IMG/VR virus record: IMGVR_UViG_2974705165_000001
Coordinates: 97 to 64,096 of that record
Source: a virus
Lineage: Duplodnaviria > Caudoviricetes
Length of the DNA stretch: 64,000 nt
Strand: one strand, 5' to 3'
In this document: positions 18,708-29,042 of the stretch, one piece after another
How positions within the stretch are numbered: position 1 is the first letter of the stretch
How the letters are laid out: every line of letters starts with the position of its first letter
Made by a program: the position numbers and the translations under genes
The notes under the pieces: model-generated
What the model was told of the DNA's origin: nothing
What the model saw: the letters and a program-made list of their open reading frames with translations, nothing else
Databases searched by the model: none

Positions 18708-19547
18708 ATGGCTAACGAAAAAGCTGTCGCAGAAGCCAAGTCCAACCTGCCCGTCGTCCACGACTACGGCGACTATGCCGGTGCCGGCTTCGAGAATCAG
18801 GATCGTTCCGATTACTCGATTCCGTTCCTGGCGGTCCTCCAGGGCCTGAGCCCCGAGCTCGAGACTCTGGAAAGCGCCAAGCCTGGGTTCATCCTGAACA
18901 AGGTCACCCAGGACGTTGTGTCGGGCAAGGACGGCATCGTCTTCGTTCCGTGCTACACCCAGCACGTGTACGTCGAGTGGGTGCCGCGTGACGCTGGTGG
19001 TGGCATCGTCGGTATGCACGAACTCGACTCGGAAGTGGTTGCCCAGGCTCGCGCCGCAGCCCGCACCGGCAAGTTCACCATGCCGAACGGCAACGAGCTG
19101 ATCGAAACCTTCTACGTCTACGGCATCGTGGTCGGCGAAGACGAAACGACCTCTCACGCGGTCATCGCCTTCACCTCGACCAAGATCAAGAAGTACAAGG
19201 CGTGGATGACGAAGGCTCGCACCGTCCAGATGCGCCTGCCCGACGGTCGTAAGATCAACCCGCCGCTGTTCGCCCACCGCTACCGCCTGAAGACGGTAAA
19301 GGAGAAGAACGCCAAGGGTGAGTTCTACAACTGGGACGTCAGCTTCGACGGCGCAACCGCCGAAGCCTGCCGTCTGGCTCCAGCCGACTCCGTGTTCCAG
19401 GAAGCGGCCCAGTGCATGGAACTGGTGAAGTCCGGTCAGGCGAAGGCTGACCTCTCCACCGAAGGCCGTGACCCCGATGAAGCAATGGCAGCCGAGGCGG
19501 AAGCCGAAACTGCTGGCGCTCCGAAGGGCGGCAAGGCCCCGTTCTAA
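18708..19547 (+). CDS. Putative single-stranded DNA-binding protein
   Basis: IPFLAVLQGLSPE N-terminal motif; acidic tail ending in PF; followed by a terminator. Confidence 0.6.
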   Translation: MANEKAVAEAKSNLPVVHDYGDYAGAGFENQDRSDYSIPFLAVLQGLSPELETLESAKPGFILNKVTQDVVSGKDGIVFVPCYTQHVYVEWVPRDAGGGIVGMHELDSEVVAQARAAARTGKFTMPNGNELIETFYVYGIVVGEDETTSHAVIAFTSTKIKKYKAWMTKARTVQMRLPDGRKINPPLFAHRYRLKTVKEKNAKGEFYNWDVSFDGATAEACRLAPADSVFQEAAQCMELVKSGQAKADLSTEGRDPDEAMAAEAEAETAGAPKGGKAPF

Positions 19548-19563
19548 CGAACGGCGGTCTACG

Positions 19564-19590
19564 AAGCGGGAGGGTGACCTCCCGCTTTTC
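19564..19590 (+). terminator. Rho-independent terminator
   Basis: AAGCGGGAGG-GTGA-CCTCCCGCTT then TT. Confidence 0.7.
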
Positions 19591-19610
19591 ACATGAGAAA
19601 AGGAGCCACC

Positions 19611-20807
19611 ATGGACTTCGCGCCACAGCAGGACCAAGCCCTCCGGGCGATCGACTACTGGTTCAAGAACCGCACGAAAGAGCAACCAATCTTCCGCCTG
19701 TTCGGGTTCGCCGGGACGGGCAAAACCACATTGGCGAAACACATAGCCGCCAACATCGACGGTCTGGTCATCTTCGCAGCCTTCACGGGCAAGGCCACCC
19801 ACGTCCTCAAGATGAAGGGCTGTCCGGTCACCTCGACCATCCACCAACTGATCTATGCACCGCGTGAGAAGGGTCAGGCCCGGCTCCGCGACCTCCAGTC
19901 GCAGCTGGTGCGCGAGAAGACGAAGAAGGACGCCAGCCCGAAGCGCGTCAAGGAGCTGGAGGAGTTGATCGCCGCAGAGCAGGCGAACCTCCGCCGCCCC
20001 TCCTGGACCCTGAAGTCCGAGTCCGAGCTGCGCAAGGCGAAACTCCTCATCGTAGACGAAGCGTCCATGGTCGACCAGCCCATGGGAGAAGACCTCCTGT
20101 CGTTCGGTGTGCCGATCCTCGCCCTGGGCGACCCTGGGCAGCTGGCCCCCATCAAGGGCACCGGCTTCTTCACCAACGTGAAGGCCGACTTCCTCCTGAC
20201 CGACATCCACCGCCAAGCCCGCGACAACCCCATCATTGAGATGTCACGTATTGTCCGGGAGGGAGGGTTCCTCCGCCTTGGCCAGTACGGCTCGAGCGAG
20301 GTCGTCGACGGTCGCCAGTTCCAGCGCGACTGGGTGTTCTCCGCTGACCAGATCCTGGTCGGGAAGAACGACACCCGGAAGAGCTACAACGCACGAATCC
20401 GGGAACTGTCCGGAGCGGCTCAGCCGCTACCGTCCCTGGGCGACAAGCTGGTCTGCCTCCGCAACAACCACGACGTAGGGCTGCTCAACGGCTCCCTCTG
20501 GCGCGTGGACGGCCCAGCCCTAGACACCGGGGACGGGCAGGTCTACCTGGAGCTCCTAGGTGAGGAGGGGCAGCGGATCGTGACTTCGGCCCACGCGTGC
20601 TACTTCCACGGCGGAGAGCCGGAATGGTACGAGAAGAAGGAAGCCGACGAATTTGACTATGGATACGCGCTGACGGTTCACAAGTCCCAGGGTTCGCAGT
20701 GGGACAAGGTTCTGGTCATCGACGAATGGAAGCGACAGGACCACAAGCAGTGGCTCTACACGGCAATCACGAGAGCCGCAGAGTCAGTCCGTGTCGTAAA
20801 GATGTAA
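19611..20807 (+). CDS. RecD/Dda-like SF1B DNA helicase
   Basis: GFAGTGKT, VDEASMV, GDPGQLAPI, YALTVHKSQGSQW, LYTAITRA. Confidence 0.93.
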   Translation: MDFAPQQDQALRAIDYWFKNRTKEQPIFRLFGFAGTGKTTLAKHIAANIDGLVIFAAFTGKATHVLKMKGCPVTSTIHQLIYAPREKGQARLRDLQSQLVREKTKKDASPKRVKELEELIAAEQANLRRPSWTLKSESELRKAKLLIVDEASMVDQPMGEDLLSFGVPILALGDPGQLAPIKGTGFFTNVKADFLLTDIHRQARDNPIIEMSRIVREGGFLRLGQYGSSEVVDGRQFQRDWVFSADQILVGKNDTRKSYNARIRELSGAAQPLPSLGDKLVCLRNNHDVGLLNGSLWRVDGPALDTGDGQVYLELLGEEGQRIVTSAHACYFHGGEPEWYEKKEADEFDYGYALTVHKSQGSQWDKVLVIDEWKRQDHKQWLYTAITRAAESVRVVKM

Positions 20808-20868
20808 TGCCGGCAAGCCCTTGCCGGTATAAACTTGACCGCTCCAACCCTGTTTTAGAGGATTCCTC

Positions 20869-21927
20869 ATGAACGAACCAACCGACAAGGAGACTTCGCC
20901 GGAAGGCGAAGGTAGACTATACCTTAGTCAGATCGAAACACCAACTGATTCTTACGTCACCCGCTACCCGAAGGCCGTTGAAATGGCCATCCAGCAGCAG
21001 GACATCTTCTGGCCCGCCGAGGAACTCGGTGTCGAGGAGGATGAAGGCGACTTCCGAACCAAGCTGACCGAGGGCGAGCTGCACGGCATCCTCACCGCCC
21101 AGTCGATCCTCACCCAGTACGAGCTGATGATCGGCGGCGACGAGTTCTGGGGTGGCACCATCTCCCGCATGTTCCCGCGCCCTGAGATTCAGCGCATGTG
21201 CGCCTGCTTCTCGCACGTCGAGCTGGGCAGCCACGCCCCGTTCTACGCCCTGGGCAACGAGGTTCTGGGCAAGGCCACCGACGAGTTCTACACTGAGTGG
21301 AAGCGCGACCCGGTACTGGCTCAGCGAATCAAGTTCATCAGTCAGAAGGCTGCCTCCAAGGACGCCCTGGAAGTCACCGCCGCCCTGGCCTTCTTCGAGG
21401 GTGCTGTGCTGTTCGCGAACTTCGCGTACTTCAAGGCGTTCAACAGCCGGGGCTTCAACATGATCCCCCACTTCGTCGCCGGGATCGACGGCTCCGCGAA
21501 GGACGAGAACTTCCACTCCCTGGCCTCCAGCTGGCTCTTCCGCCAGTGTAAGGCCGAGCGCGTCCAGCTGGGCAACCACTCGGTCGAGCAAGAGCAACGG
21601 CTGGCGGACTACATCCTGCGCATGGCACAGGACGTGTACGAGCACGAGCTGCGCATCGTCGACATGATCTTCGAGAAGGGCGGCATACGCGTCATCACGA
21701 AGGAAGAGCTCATTCAGTTCATCCGCAACCGCGTCGACGTAGTGCTGGCCTACCTGGGCTACCCCGCGCTGTTCGGCGACGAGAAGGGTGTCGTGTCCGG
21801 TTGGTTCTACCAGCAGCTGTCGACCTTCAAGTTCTCCGACTTCTTCGCCGCCACCCAACTCCAGTACACCCGCAACTGGGCCAAGCACAAACTGACCTTC
21901 CGGAAGGAGCTCGCAAATGGCGTTTGA
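20869..21927 (+). CDS. nrdB: Ribonucleotide reductase class I beta subunit
   Basis: Ferritin-like metal ligands (YE, VELGSH..FY, FEG, DENFH); FWPAEE motif; adjacent to nrdA. Confidence 0.9.
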   Translation: MNEPTDKETSPEGEGRLYLSQIETPTDSYVTRYPKAVEMAIQQQDIFWPAEELGVEEDEGDFRTKLTEGELHGILTAQSILTQYELMIGGDEFWGGTISRMFPRPEIQRMCACFSHVELGSHAPFYALGNEVLGKATDEFYTEWKRDPVLAQRIKFISQKAASKDALEVTAALAFFEGAVLFANFAYFKAFNSRGFNMIPHFVAGIDGSAKDENFHSLASSWLFRQCKAERVQLGNHSVEQEQRLADYILRMAQDVYEHELRIVDMIFEKGGIRVITKEELIQFIRNRVDVVLAYLGYPALFGDEKGVVSGWFYQQLSTFKFSDFFAATQLQYTRNWAKHKLTFRKELANGV

Positions 21928-23647
21928 GATCACGGGTGGCGTTGACGAAGCCACCATCCAACAATTCGAGCTGCTCAGCGCCGAGCGCAAGCGGCTCCAG
22001 GCCCTCGGGCTGCTGCCAGAATGGTACACGACTCAGGGTTGGCAGATGTTCAAGCAGAAGTACGCGGTCGAAGGCGAAGAGGCGGTCTACGGTCGCCATC
22101 GGACCATCGCCCGAACCCTGGCCCGCCACCTCCGTGGTCGCGAGGACGAGTGGGAGGAGAAGTTCTTCAACCTCCTGTGGAACGGCATCCTGTCGCCCGC
22201 CAGCCCAGCCTTGGGCAACACGGGCACCGACCGGGGCATGGTCGTCTCCTGCTCTGGGCAGGTGGTCGGCGACAGTGTGGACGAGTTCTACAGCGCCCTG
22301 CGCGAGACCGCATTGCTGTCCAAGTGGGGCTTCGGCACCTCTGCAGACTTCAGCGGCATCCGCCCACGAGGAGCCAAGATCTCCACTGGTGGCCTGGCCA
22401 ACGGAGCTGTGGAAGTGATGGAAGACTTCTTCACCACAACTGGCAAGATCTCTCAGGGCGGCAAGCGCCGGGGCTCCATCGGTGCCTACCTGGACATCGA
22501 GCACGACGACTGGGACGAGGCCGTCGACGGTCTGGTCAGCGAGCCCAACGGGAAGAACTACGGCTGGATCGTGCGTGACTCCTTCGTGGAGAAGCTGAAG
22601 AACGACGACCCGGAAGCCAACCGCCGCTTCACCAAGGCTCTGCACGCCAAGCTGGTGACCGGCAAGGGCTATATCTTCTGCATCGACAAGGCAAACCGCC
22701 ACCGTCCGGCGATGTACAAGAAGTGGGGCCTGGACATCAAGGCGTCGAACCTGTGCACCGAGATCATGCTCCACTCGAGCCCGGAGTTCACCTACAGCTG
22801 CATCCTCTCCTCGCTGAACCTGATTCACTGGGACCGCATCAAGAACTCGGACGCGGCCTTCGTCGCCACCGTGTTCCTGGACTGCCTGTGTCAGGAGTTC
22901 ATCGAGAAGAGCGCCAGCATCCCTGGGCTCGAGAAGGTTCGCGAGTTCACGATCAAGGGCCGCGCCATCGGCCTGGGCATCATGGGCTTCCATACCTACC
23001 TCCAGCAGGAGCGCATCCCGTACATCGGCCTGGAGGCCCAGTTCCTGTCCAATGAGATCTCCAAGCACCTCCACGACGAGAGCCTCCGCGCCTCCCAGTG
23101 GTTGGCCCAGGAGTACGGCGAGCCGGAGTGGTGCGAAGGCTTCGGGGTGCGTAACACCCATCGCACAGCCTACGCTCCGACGAAGTCCACCGCGCTGCTC
23201 ATGGGCGGTGTCTCCGAGTCCTGGTCGCCCGATCCGGGCATGATCTTCGACGCAGGCTCCGCCGTGGGCGAGCTCCGCCGCATCCCTCCGGTCATCTATG
23301 AACTGATGAAGGAGCGCGGGGTCTACAGCGAGGCCACGATCCAGGACATCATCGACCACTTGGGCTCCGTCCAGCATGTCGACTGGCTGAGCGCCGAAGA
23401 GAAGCTGGTCTTCTTGAACGCCTTCGAGATGGACCAGCGGATCATCCTCCGTCACGCCTCCCAGCGCCAGAAGTGGACCTGCCAGGGGCAGTCGCTGAAC
23501 TTCTTCGTTCCGGAAGACGGCAGCGAAGACCTCATCGCCGAGCTCATGACCCGCGTGCTGCTCGACGAAGAGATCCTGTCTCAGTACTACATCTACAGCC
23601 GCTCCGGGGTGGTTGTCAAGGATGAGTGCGTGGCCTGCGCTGCCTAA
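21917..23647 (+). CDS. nrdA: Ribonucleotide reductase class I alpha subunit (short, no obvious ATP cone)
   Basis: VSC, SNLCTEI active site, APTKST, QGQSLN, YYIYS, C-terminal CVAC. Confidence 0.93.
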   Translation: MAFEITGGVDEATIQQFELLSAERKRLQALGLLPEWYTTQGWQMFKQKYAVEGEEAVYGRHRTIARTLARHLRGREDEWEEKFFNLLWNGILSPASPALGNTGTDRGMVVSCSGQVVGDSVDEFYSALRETALLSKWGFGTSADFSGIRPRGAKISTGGLANGAVEVMEDFFTTTGKISQGGKRRGSIGAYLDIEHDDWDEAVDGLVSEPNGKNYGWIVRDSFVEKLKNDDPEANRRFTKALHAKLVTGKGYIFCIDKANRHRPAMYKKWGLDIKASNLCTEIMLHSSPEFTYSCILSSLNLIHWDRIKNSDAAFVATVFLDCLCQEFIEKSASIPGLEKVREFTIKGRAIGLGIMGFHTYLQQERIPYIGLEAQFLSNEISKHLHDESLRASQWLAQEYGEPEWCEGFGVRNTHRTAYAPTKSTALLMGGVSESWSPDPGMIFDAGSAVGELRRIPPVIYELMKERGVYSEATIQDIIDHLGSVQHVDWLSAEEKLVFLNAFEMDQRIILRHASQRQKWTCQGQSLNFFVPEDGSEDLIAELMTRVLLDEEILSQYYIYSRSGVVVKDECVACAA

Positions 23648-23653
23648 GGCCAA

Positions 23654-23684
23654 GCCCCGGTCTTCGGGCCGGGGCAATTTATTT
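23654..23684 (+). terminator. Rho-independent terminator
   Basis: GCCCCGGTC-TTCG-GGCCGGGGC followed by an A/T run. Confidence 0.75.
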
Positions 23685-23696
23685 TGCCAAAGGGGC

Positions 23697-23764
23697 TTGC
23701 TTTCTGTCTTCGCCGAGGCATAATGGCGTCACTGGGTCGCTACTGACCTAAACCAGAAAAGGAG
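23697..23764 (+). promoter_or_regulatory. Putative promoter, leader hairpin and AGAAAAGGAG RBS
   Basis: TTGCTT-N16-CATAAT; TGGGTC/GACCTA stem; RBS at 23755-64. Confidence 0.65.
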
Positions 23765-23771
23765 AAGCGCC

Positions 23772-24356
23772 ATGAAATCCATCCAGATCGAAACCACCCA
23801 AGTATCCAAGTTCGAAGACCTGAGCGCCGTGTCGACCGCTGGCCTCCTGGCCTTCTACAACGCCGAGACCGGCAAGAATACCTCGAAGTTTGCCTCCCGT
23901 GCCAAGGGCCTGATGCAGGTCTGGGCTCTGGTCGAAGGCAAGCTGGCCGCCCAGGAGGCCAACCCGCACGCTGCTTCGAATAAGCTCATCGGCGAGTTCC
24001 TGGCCCGCGAGGAGGCCGCTGCCGCCCCGGCCCCCGAGGTTGCCCCCGCCCCCGCCCCGGAAGAGGCTTCTAGCGCCGCTCCGGCAGCCGAGAAGGCTCC
24101 CAAAGAGCGCAAGGCACGCGGCTTCCGCTTCAAGTTCATGAAGCGTGACGAAATCAAGAAGGTCAAGGAAGGCTCGAAGCGTGCCGTACTCCTGGACCTG
24201 CTGAAGCGCGAGGGCGGTGCAACCTTCGAAGAGTGCATGGCCGCCACCGGCTGGAACCGCAAGGACTGCTACGAAGGCATCCGCCTGCTGCACTACTACG
24301 TTGGCTACGGCCTGAACCAGGACGAGAAGACCGGCAAGATCTGGGTCGTCGCCTAA
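23772..24356 (+). CDS. DUF3489-like winged-helix DNA-binding protein
   Basis: C-terminal GSKRAVLLDLLKREGGATFEECMAATGW; Ala/Pro linker. Confidence 0.65.
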   Translation: MKSIQIETTQVSKFEDLSAVSTAGLLAFYNAETGKNTSKFASRAKGLMQVWALVEGKLAAQEANPHAASNKLIGEFLAREEAAAAPAPEVAPAPAPEEASSAAPAAEKAPKERKARGFRFKFMKRDEIKKVKEGSKRAVLLDLLKREGGATFEECMAATGWNRKDCYEGIRLLHYYVGYGLNQDEKTGKIWVVA

Positions 24357-24410
24357 GTTCCCACCTGGAGGGCTCCGGCCCTCCTCTCAACCCTGAAAAG
24401 GAGCAACACC

Positions 24411-25289
24411 GTGTCAAGAACCTACGAACGCCTCCCCATCGAAGTCTTCGGAGCGCACCTGCTCTCCACCGTCGACCTCGACCCGATCTACCTCGCCCTC
24501 CGCAAGATGGAGATGTCGGAAGCCCAGATGCACCGCTGGCTGCTGGCCTACTGGTGCTGCTACCACGCTGGCGTGGCATCCTACCTCTCCGAGTTCGAAG
24601 GCAACGACTTCTTCGAGGCTCTCATGGTCGCCGCCGTGAACGAGCAGCCGACTCCCCTGGGCGACCGCTGGCCCCGTGGTGGTGAACGTCGCCACTGGCG
24701 TGGTGCCCAGGCCACCAGCTGCGTCGAGTCGCTGGTCAAGCGTTACGGCAACAACGCTGAAGGCATGGCCGAGTACTGCGCGGGCAATGGCGGCACCTTC
24801 CAGGAGGTCACCAAGCGCGTCCAGGAGCACCGGCTCTTCGGCCCGTGGATCGGGTTCAAGGTCGCTGACATGGTCGACCGCGTCCTGGGCCTCCCGGTCA
24901 CCTTCGACAACGCTGCGGTGTTCATGTTCAAAGACCCGTACAAGGCCGCGACGATTCAGTACGAGGTGAACCCCAACATCCCGACGAAGGTCTACCCGGA
25001 CGGCTCCGAGGCCCCGCGTGACCGCGAGCTGGTGACCCCGGACGTAGTCCACCACGTGGCCGAGCACCTGATCAAGCACTTCAGCGGCTTCAACGCTCCG
25101 CCGCTCGGCGACCGCCCTGTGAACATCCAGGAGGTTGAGACGATCCTGTGCAAGTGGAAGTCGCACATGAACGGCCACTACCCTCTGTTCAACGACATCA
25201 CCGAGATCCGTCATGGTGCAGCGCCCTGGGCAGCCCACTCCAAGACGGCCCAGGCATTCTTGAACGCCATGCCGGAGGCATCCAAGTGA
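24411..25289 (+). CDS. Amino acid:DNA transferase (aGPT-Pplase2-type, HhH glycosylase fold) for thymidine hypermodification
   Basis: [42 protein letters not shown]; first gene of the modification cluster. Confidence 0.85.
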   Translation: MSRTYERLPIEVFGAHLLSTVDLDPIYLALRKMEMSEAQMHRWLLAYWCCYHAGVASYLSEFEGNDFFEALMVAAVNEQPTPLGDRWPRGGERRHWRGAQATSCVESLVKRYGNNAEGMAEYCAGNGGTFQEVTKRVQEHRLFGPWIGFKVADMVDRVLGLPVTFDNAAVFMFKDPYKAATIQYEVNPNIPTKVYPDGSEAPRDRELVTPDVVHHVAEHLIKHFSGFNAPPLGDRPVNIQEVETILCKWKSHMNGHYPLFNDITEIRHGAAPWAAHSKTAQAFLNAMPEASK

Positions 25290-26125
25290 AAGAAGTAGTC
25301 ATCATCGGAGGAGGCCTGTTCGGCTCCATCGCCGCAGCCGCCCTGCGGAAGGACGGCCACGAAGTGACCGTCATCGACGCCCAGAAGGAGGGTGCTGGCT
25401 CCAAGCCTGCCGCCTGCCTCATGAAACCGAGCTGGTTCAGCTCCATGGGCAAGGAGAAGTTCGGCCCGTCCCTGGAACTGCTGGACAGCCTGTATGGTGT
25501 ACAAGACCTGAGCCTTCGCGTTGGACCGCTGCACTCCACCGTGCACTGGTGCGACCCGGCCCAGATCCTCCAGCCTGCGGACCTGTACGACGAGGTCGAG
25601 GCGATCCAGTACAACGTCGGTGGCCCATTCATCCTGGTGATGAAGAGCGGCCTGTTCATCGAAGCCAAGACCGTCATCGTCGCGGCTGGCGTCTGGTCCG
25701 GTGTGCTGGCCCACGTCCCTGGGCTGGTGGGGCGTGCCGGGGTGGCGTTCCGCTGGAGAGACATGCAGCTGACTGAAGGGTTCGTAAAGCCCTGGGCACC
25801 GTATCGCCAGACTGTGGGCTTCAACATCAGCCCGAACGAGGTGTGGGTTGGCGACGGCTCCGCCATCAAGCCCAGCAACTGGAACGCCGAGCGCGAGGCC
25901 CAGAGCTACGCTCGCAGCGCCTCGGCCATCGGTCGGGAAGGCTACGGCGACCTCGCCCAGGGGCGTGCTCGCTCGCTCTACGGCATTCGACCCTACATCC
26001 CGGACGCCAAGCCGTGTCTCATCAAGGAGAACCTGCCCGGCCTCTGGGTCAACACTGGCGGTGCCAAGAACGGCACCATCGCAGCTGGCTACTCGGCCAG
26101 CGTTCTCCGGGAGGCTCTGAAATGA
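25286..26125 (+). CDS. FAD-dependent oxidoreductase/lyase (PaMx11-type hypermodification)
   Basis: GTG 25286; Rossmann motif IIGGGLFG; GIRPY; TGGAKNG. Confidence 0.85.
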   Translation: MKEVVIIGGGLFGSIAAAALRKDGHEVTVIDAQKEGAGSKPAACLMKPSWFSSMGKEKFGPSLELLDSLYGVQDLSLRVGPLHSTVHWCDPAQILQPADLYDEVEAIQYNVGGPFILVMKSGLFIEAKTVIVAAGVWSGVLAHVPGLVGRAGVAFRWRDMQLTEGFVKPWAPYRQTVGFNISPNEVWVGDGSAIKPSNWNAEREAQSYARSASAIGREGYGDLAQGRARSLYGIRPYIPDAKPCLIKENLPGLWVNTGGAKNGTIAAGYSASVLREALK

Positions 26126-26535
26126 TCCGTACCGCAACCCCAGCAGACCACAAGGCGATCCTCCAGGTCGCCAAGCAATCGAAGTACACCAAGGACTTCT
26201 CTAACCAAGTGATGTTCAGCTCCGAAGCCGCCTATGCGAAGGGCTGGATTCGTGTCAAGGAAGTCGGCGGTGAGATCGTCGGGTTCACCTGTATCCGCGA
26301 GAAGGTCCGCTCTCCGGAGACCGTGCTCTACTTCATCGGTGTGCACCCGAAGGTGACCGGCTGCGGCATCGGCCAAGAGCTCATCCAGGACATCATGGAT
26401 CGCACCAAGCACCGCTGCATGACGCTGAACGTCTCGAAGGACAACAGCGCCAAGCAGTTCTACGACAAGCTAGGCTTCAGCGTCGTCGGGGAGTCCCTGA
26501 AGGGCACCGGCTTCGCTCTCAAGAAGGAGTGGTAA
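26122..26535 (+). CDS. GNAT acetyltransferase
   Basis: ATG 26122; [17 protein letters not shown]...[11 protein letters not shown]. Confidence 0.88.
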   Translation: MIRTATPADHKAILQVAKQSKYTKDFSNQVMFSSEAAYAKGWIRVKEVGGEIVGFTCIREKVRSPETVLYFIGVHPKVTGCGIGQELIQDIMDRTKHRCMTLNVSKDNSAKQFYDKLGFSVVGESLKGTGFALKKEW

Positions 26536-26537
26536 GC

Positions 26538-27101
26538 ATGAAACAACGAGTGATCAACATCCGCGGAACCTCCGGCTCCGGCAAGTCGACCCTGATCCGC
26601 CGCCTCGTCGAGCTGTACCCGGAGAAGACTCCGGTGCACGTGGAAGGCCGCAAGCAGCCGCTGTACTACGAGCTTCGCGGCGAGGGCCTCGCCCCGCTCT
26701 CCCTCCTGGGCCACTATGAGACGGCCTGTGGCGGTTGCGACACCATCCCTTCGATGGACCGCATCTACGAGCTGGTGCGCGAGCGCCTGGGCGCTGGGGA
26801 CTCCGTGCTGTACGAGGGGCTCCTAATCTCCGCCGAGGTGAACCGAGCGGTGGCGCTCCACACCGACGGCTTCGACCTGACCGTGGTCCACCTCCAGACG
26901 CCTCTCGAGCTCTGCGTGGACAGCGTCAACCAGCGCCGCTGGGCCAAGACTCCGGACAAGCCCGGCGTCAACCCCAAGAACACCGAGGCCAAGTTCAAGC
27001 AGACCATTGCGACCTGCAAGAAGCTGAAGGCCCAGGGTATCCCAGTCATCGAGGCGGATCGGGACGGCGCGTTCGACGCCATCAAGGAGCTGCTGAAGTG
27101 A
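26538..27101 (+). CDS. P-loop kinase, putative 5-hmdU DNA kinase
   Basis: INIRGTSGSGKST; LGHYETACGGCDTI; cluster context. Confidence 0.85.
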   Translation: MKQRVINIRGTSGSGKSTLIRRLVELYPEKTPVHVEGRKQPLYYELRGEGLAPLSLLGHYETACGGCDTIPSMDRIYELVRERLGAGDSVLYEGLLISAEVNRAVALHTDGFDLTVVHLQTPLELCVDSVNQRRWAKTPDKPGVNPKNTEAKFKQTIATCKKLKAQGIPVIEADRDGAFDAIKELLK

Positions 27102-27985
27102 TCAACGCTCCCGCTTTCTTCGAGTACGCTCGGAAGCGGTTCGCCATCCACTTGGCCAAGGACGTCGAAGGACGTCCCGGCCCCTGGACCGACGACCCGA
27201 TCCTCCAGAGCTATCGCTTCTGCAACGTCCACCGCGAGGACGACAAGGTCACCAAGTGGTTCCGCGAGAACATCCGTGGGCCGCTGGCGGGCAGCCCCCA
27301 CTGCCTCCTGGCGACCGTAGCGTTCCGCTGGTTCAACCGCATCGAAACGGGCGAGCTGATGCTGGACCCATCGGTCGGGCTGATGGAGGGCCGCTACGAT
27401 GGGGAGGCCCTCAAGAAGCTCCTGCTCGAGAAGTTCCCGAAAGGCCCATGGACGACCGGCGCGTACATGATCAAGAGCCCCGGTGGAATGTCCAAGATCG
27501 ACGGCCTGAACTGGTGCATCAACAACATCGCGAAGGAGGCCCAGCACCTCGCTCAGCACATGCTAGACGAAGAGCCCCAGCTGGAGGGTGTGTGGGAGGT
27601 TCTCCGTGAGTATCCGTACCTTGGCGACTTCATGGCCTACGAGGTAGTGACCGACCTCCGCTTCACGGAGCTGCTCCAGGACGCTCCGGACGTACTCACC
27701 TGGGCCAACCCCGGCCCCGGCGCGGCACGCGGCCTCTCGCGCGTCCTCGGCCTCCCTCTGGACGCCTTCAACCGGCATTCTGAGAAGGATCGGGTGAAGC
27801 TGATTGCTGGCATGCGCGATCTGCTGGAACTTTCGCTCCAGCCTCAGTACTGGCCCCAGGAATGGCCCCACTGGGAGCTGCGCGAAGTTGAACACACGCT
27901 CTGCGAGTTCGACAAGTACGAACGCGCCCGGCTGGGCGAAGGCCGACCCAAACAACTCTACCGACACAACAGAAACGGAGCCTGA
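27098..27985 (+). CDS. aGPT-Pplase1-type protein (HhH fold, hypermodification cluster)
   Basis: GTG 27098; PWTDDPILQSYRFCNVHREDD, GPGAARGL, EHTLCEFDKYER. Confidence 0.85.
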   Translation: MINAPAFFEYARKRFAIHLAKDVEGRPGPWTDDPILQSYRFCNVHREDDKVTKWFRENIRGPLAGSPHCLLATVAFRWFNRIETGELMLDPSVGLMEGRYDGEALKKLLLEKFPKGPWTTGAYMIKSPGGMSKIDGLNWCINNIAKEAQHLAQHMLDEEPQLEGVWEVLREYPYLGDFMAYEVVTDLRFTELLQDAPDVLTWANPGPGAARGLSRVLGLPLDAFNRHSEKDRVKLIAGMRDLLELSLQPQYWPQEWPHWELREVEHTLCEFDKYERARLGEGRPKQLYRHNRNGA

Positions 27986-27986
27986 C

Positions 27987-29042
27987 ATGCAAGTGATCCA
28001 AGGGCGGAACGCCCACTCCATCCTCCCCGAGGCGCTCTACCAGATGCGCACCCACGGCGTCAACCGCGACAGCCGCAACGGCCCCGTGCTGAAGTTCCCT
28101 GGGCCAGCCACCATCCACTACGCCTGCCCAACTGAGCGCGTGGTCTTCTGGGGCGAGCGCGACTGCAACCCGTTCTTCCACCTGATGGAATCGCTGTGGA
28201 TGCTGTCCGGTCGCAACGATGTCAGCTATCTGTCTCAGTTCGTGCCCCGCATGGCTTCGTACTCGGACGACGGCAAGACCTTCCACGGTGCCTACGGCCA
28301 CCGCTGGCGTCAGCACTTCATGACCGACCAGCTCGACCTCGTGGTCGAGGCTCTGAAGAAGAACCCGGACGACCGCCGCTGTGTCGTTCAGATGTGGGAC
28401 TCCCGCACTGACCTGGGCTTCGAGGGCAAGGACTTCCCGTGCAACACCCAGGTGGTGTTCTCGGTGAACGAAGGCAGCCTTGACATGTCTGTCTTCAACC
28501 GCTCCAACGACCTCGTCTGGGGTGCCCTGGGCGCGAACGCGGTGCACTTCAGCTTCCTCCAGGAGTACATGGCCGCTCGCATCGGGGTGCCGGTCGGCCA
28601 CTACTGGCAGATCTCCAACAACATGCACCTGTACCTGGAGCAGCACGAAGGTCTGATGCACTCCCTGGGCGACCGCGCCGAGGAGTTCTACCAGTTCCGC
28701 ACCGGCAAGGACGACCCCTACGCCACTGGCGAAGTGAAGCCGTTCCCGCTGATGTCAATCAGTCCGGAGCAGTGGGAGCTGGAGCTTGAAGTCTTCATGC
28801 ACTTCCCTGACTCCACCGGGCTCACCGACCCGTTCTTCCGCGAAGTGGCCCGCCCATTGTTCTTCGCCCATCGCACCTTCAAGCAGATGAAGGACGCGGG
28901 GCTGGATCGCTACGACTGCGCCGCCGAACACCTGGAACTGTGCGCCGCTTCCGACTGGAAGAAGGCCGCTGAAGAATGGCTCCTGCGCCGACGCGCCAAC
29001 TACCTGCGAGCACGCGACGATGGCCCACGCTACGACAATTGA
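27987..29042 (+). CDS. Thymidylate synthase homologue, putative dUMP hydroxymethylase
   Basis: YGHRW, DRRCV, catalytic PCN, RSND..WG..GAN (Asn, dUMP-type specificity), NMHLY; cluster context. Confidence 0.88.
   Translation: MQVIQGRNAHSILPEALYQMRTHGVNRDSRNGPVLKFPGPATIHYACPTERVVFWGERDCNPFFHLMESLWMLSGRNDVSYLSQFVPRMASYSDDGKTFHGAYGHRWRQHFMTDQLDLVVEALKKNPDDRRCVVQMWDSRTDLGFEGKDFPCNTQVVFSVNEGSLDMSVFNRSNDLVWGALGANAVHFSFLQEYMAARIGVPVGHYWQISNNMHLYLEQHEGLMHSLGDRAEEFYQFRTGKDDPYATGEVKPFPLMSISPEQWELELEVFMHFPDSTGLTDPFFREVARPLFFAHRTFKQMKDAGLDRYDCAAEHLELCAASDWKKAAEEWLLRRRANYLRARDDGPRYDN

Noticed and set aside
24015-24090. GCCCCC-type tandem repeats
   Set aside because: They encode an Ala/Pro linker (APAPEVAPAPAPE), i.e. 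protein-level low complexity.
27987-29042. Ordinary thymidylate synthase or dCMP hydroxymethylase
   Set aside because: The Asn in GAN indicates dUMP specificity, and the kinase/transferase neighbours favour dUMP hydroxymethylase.
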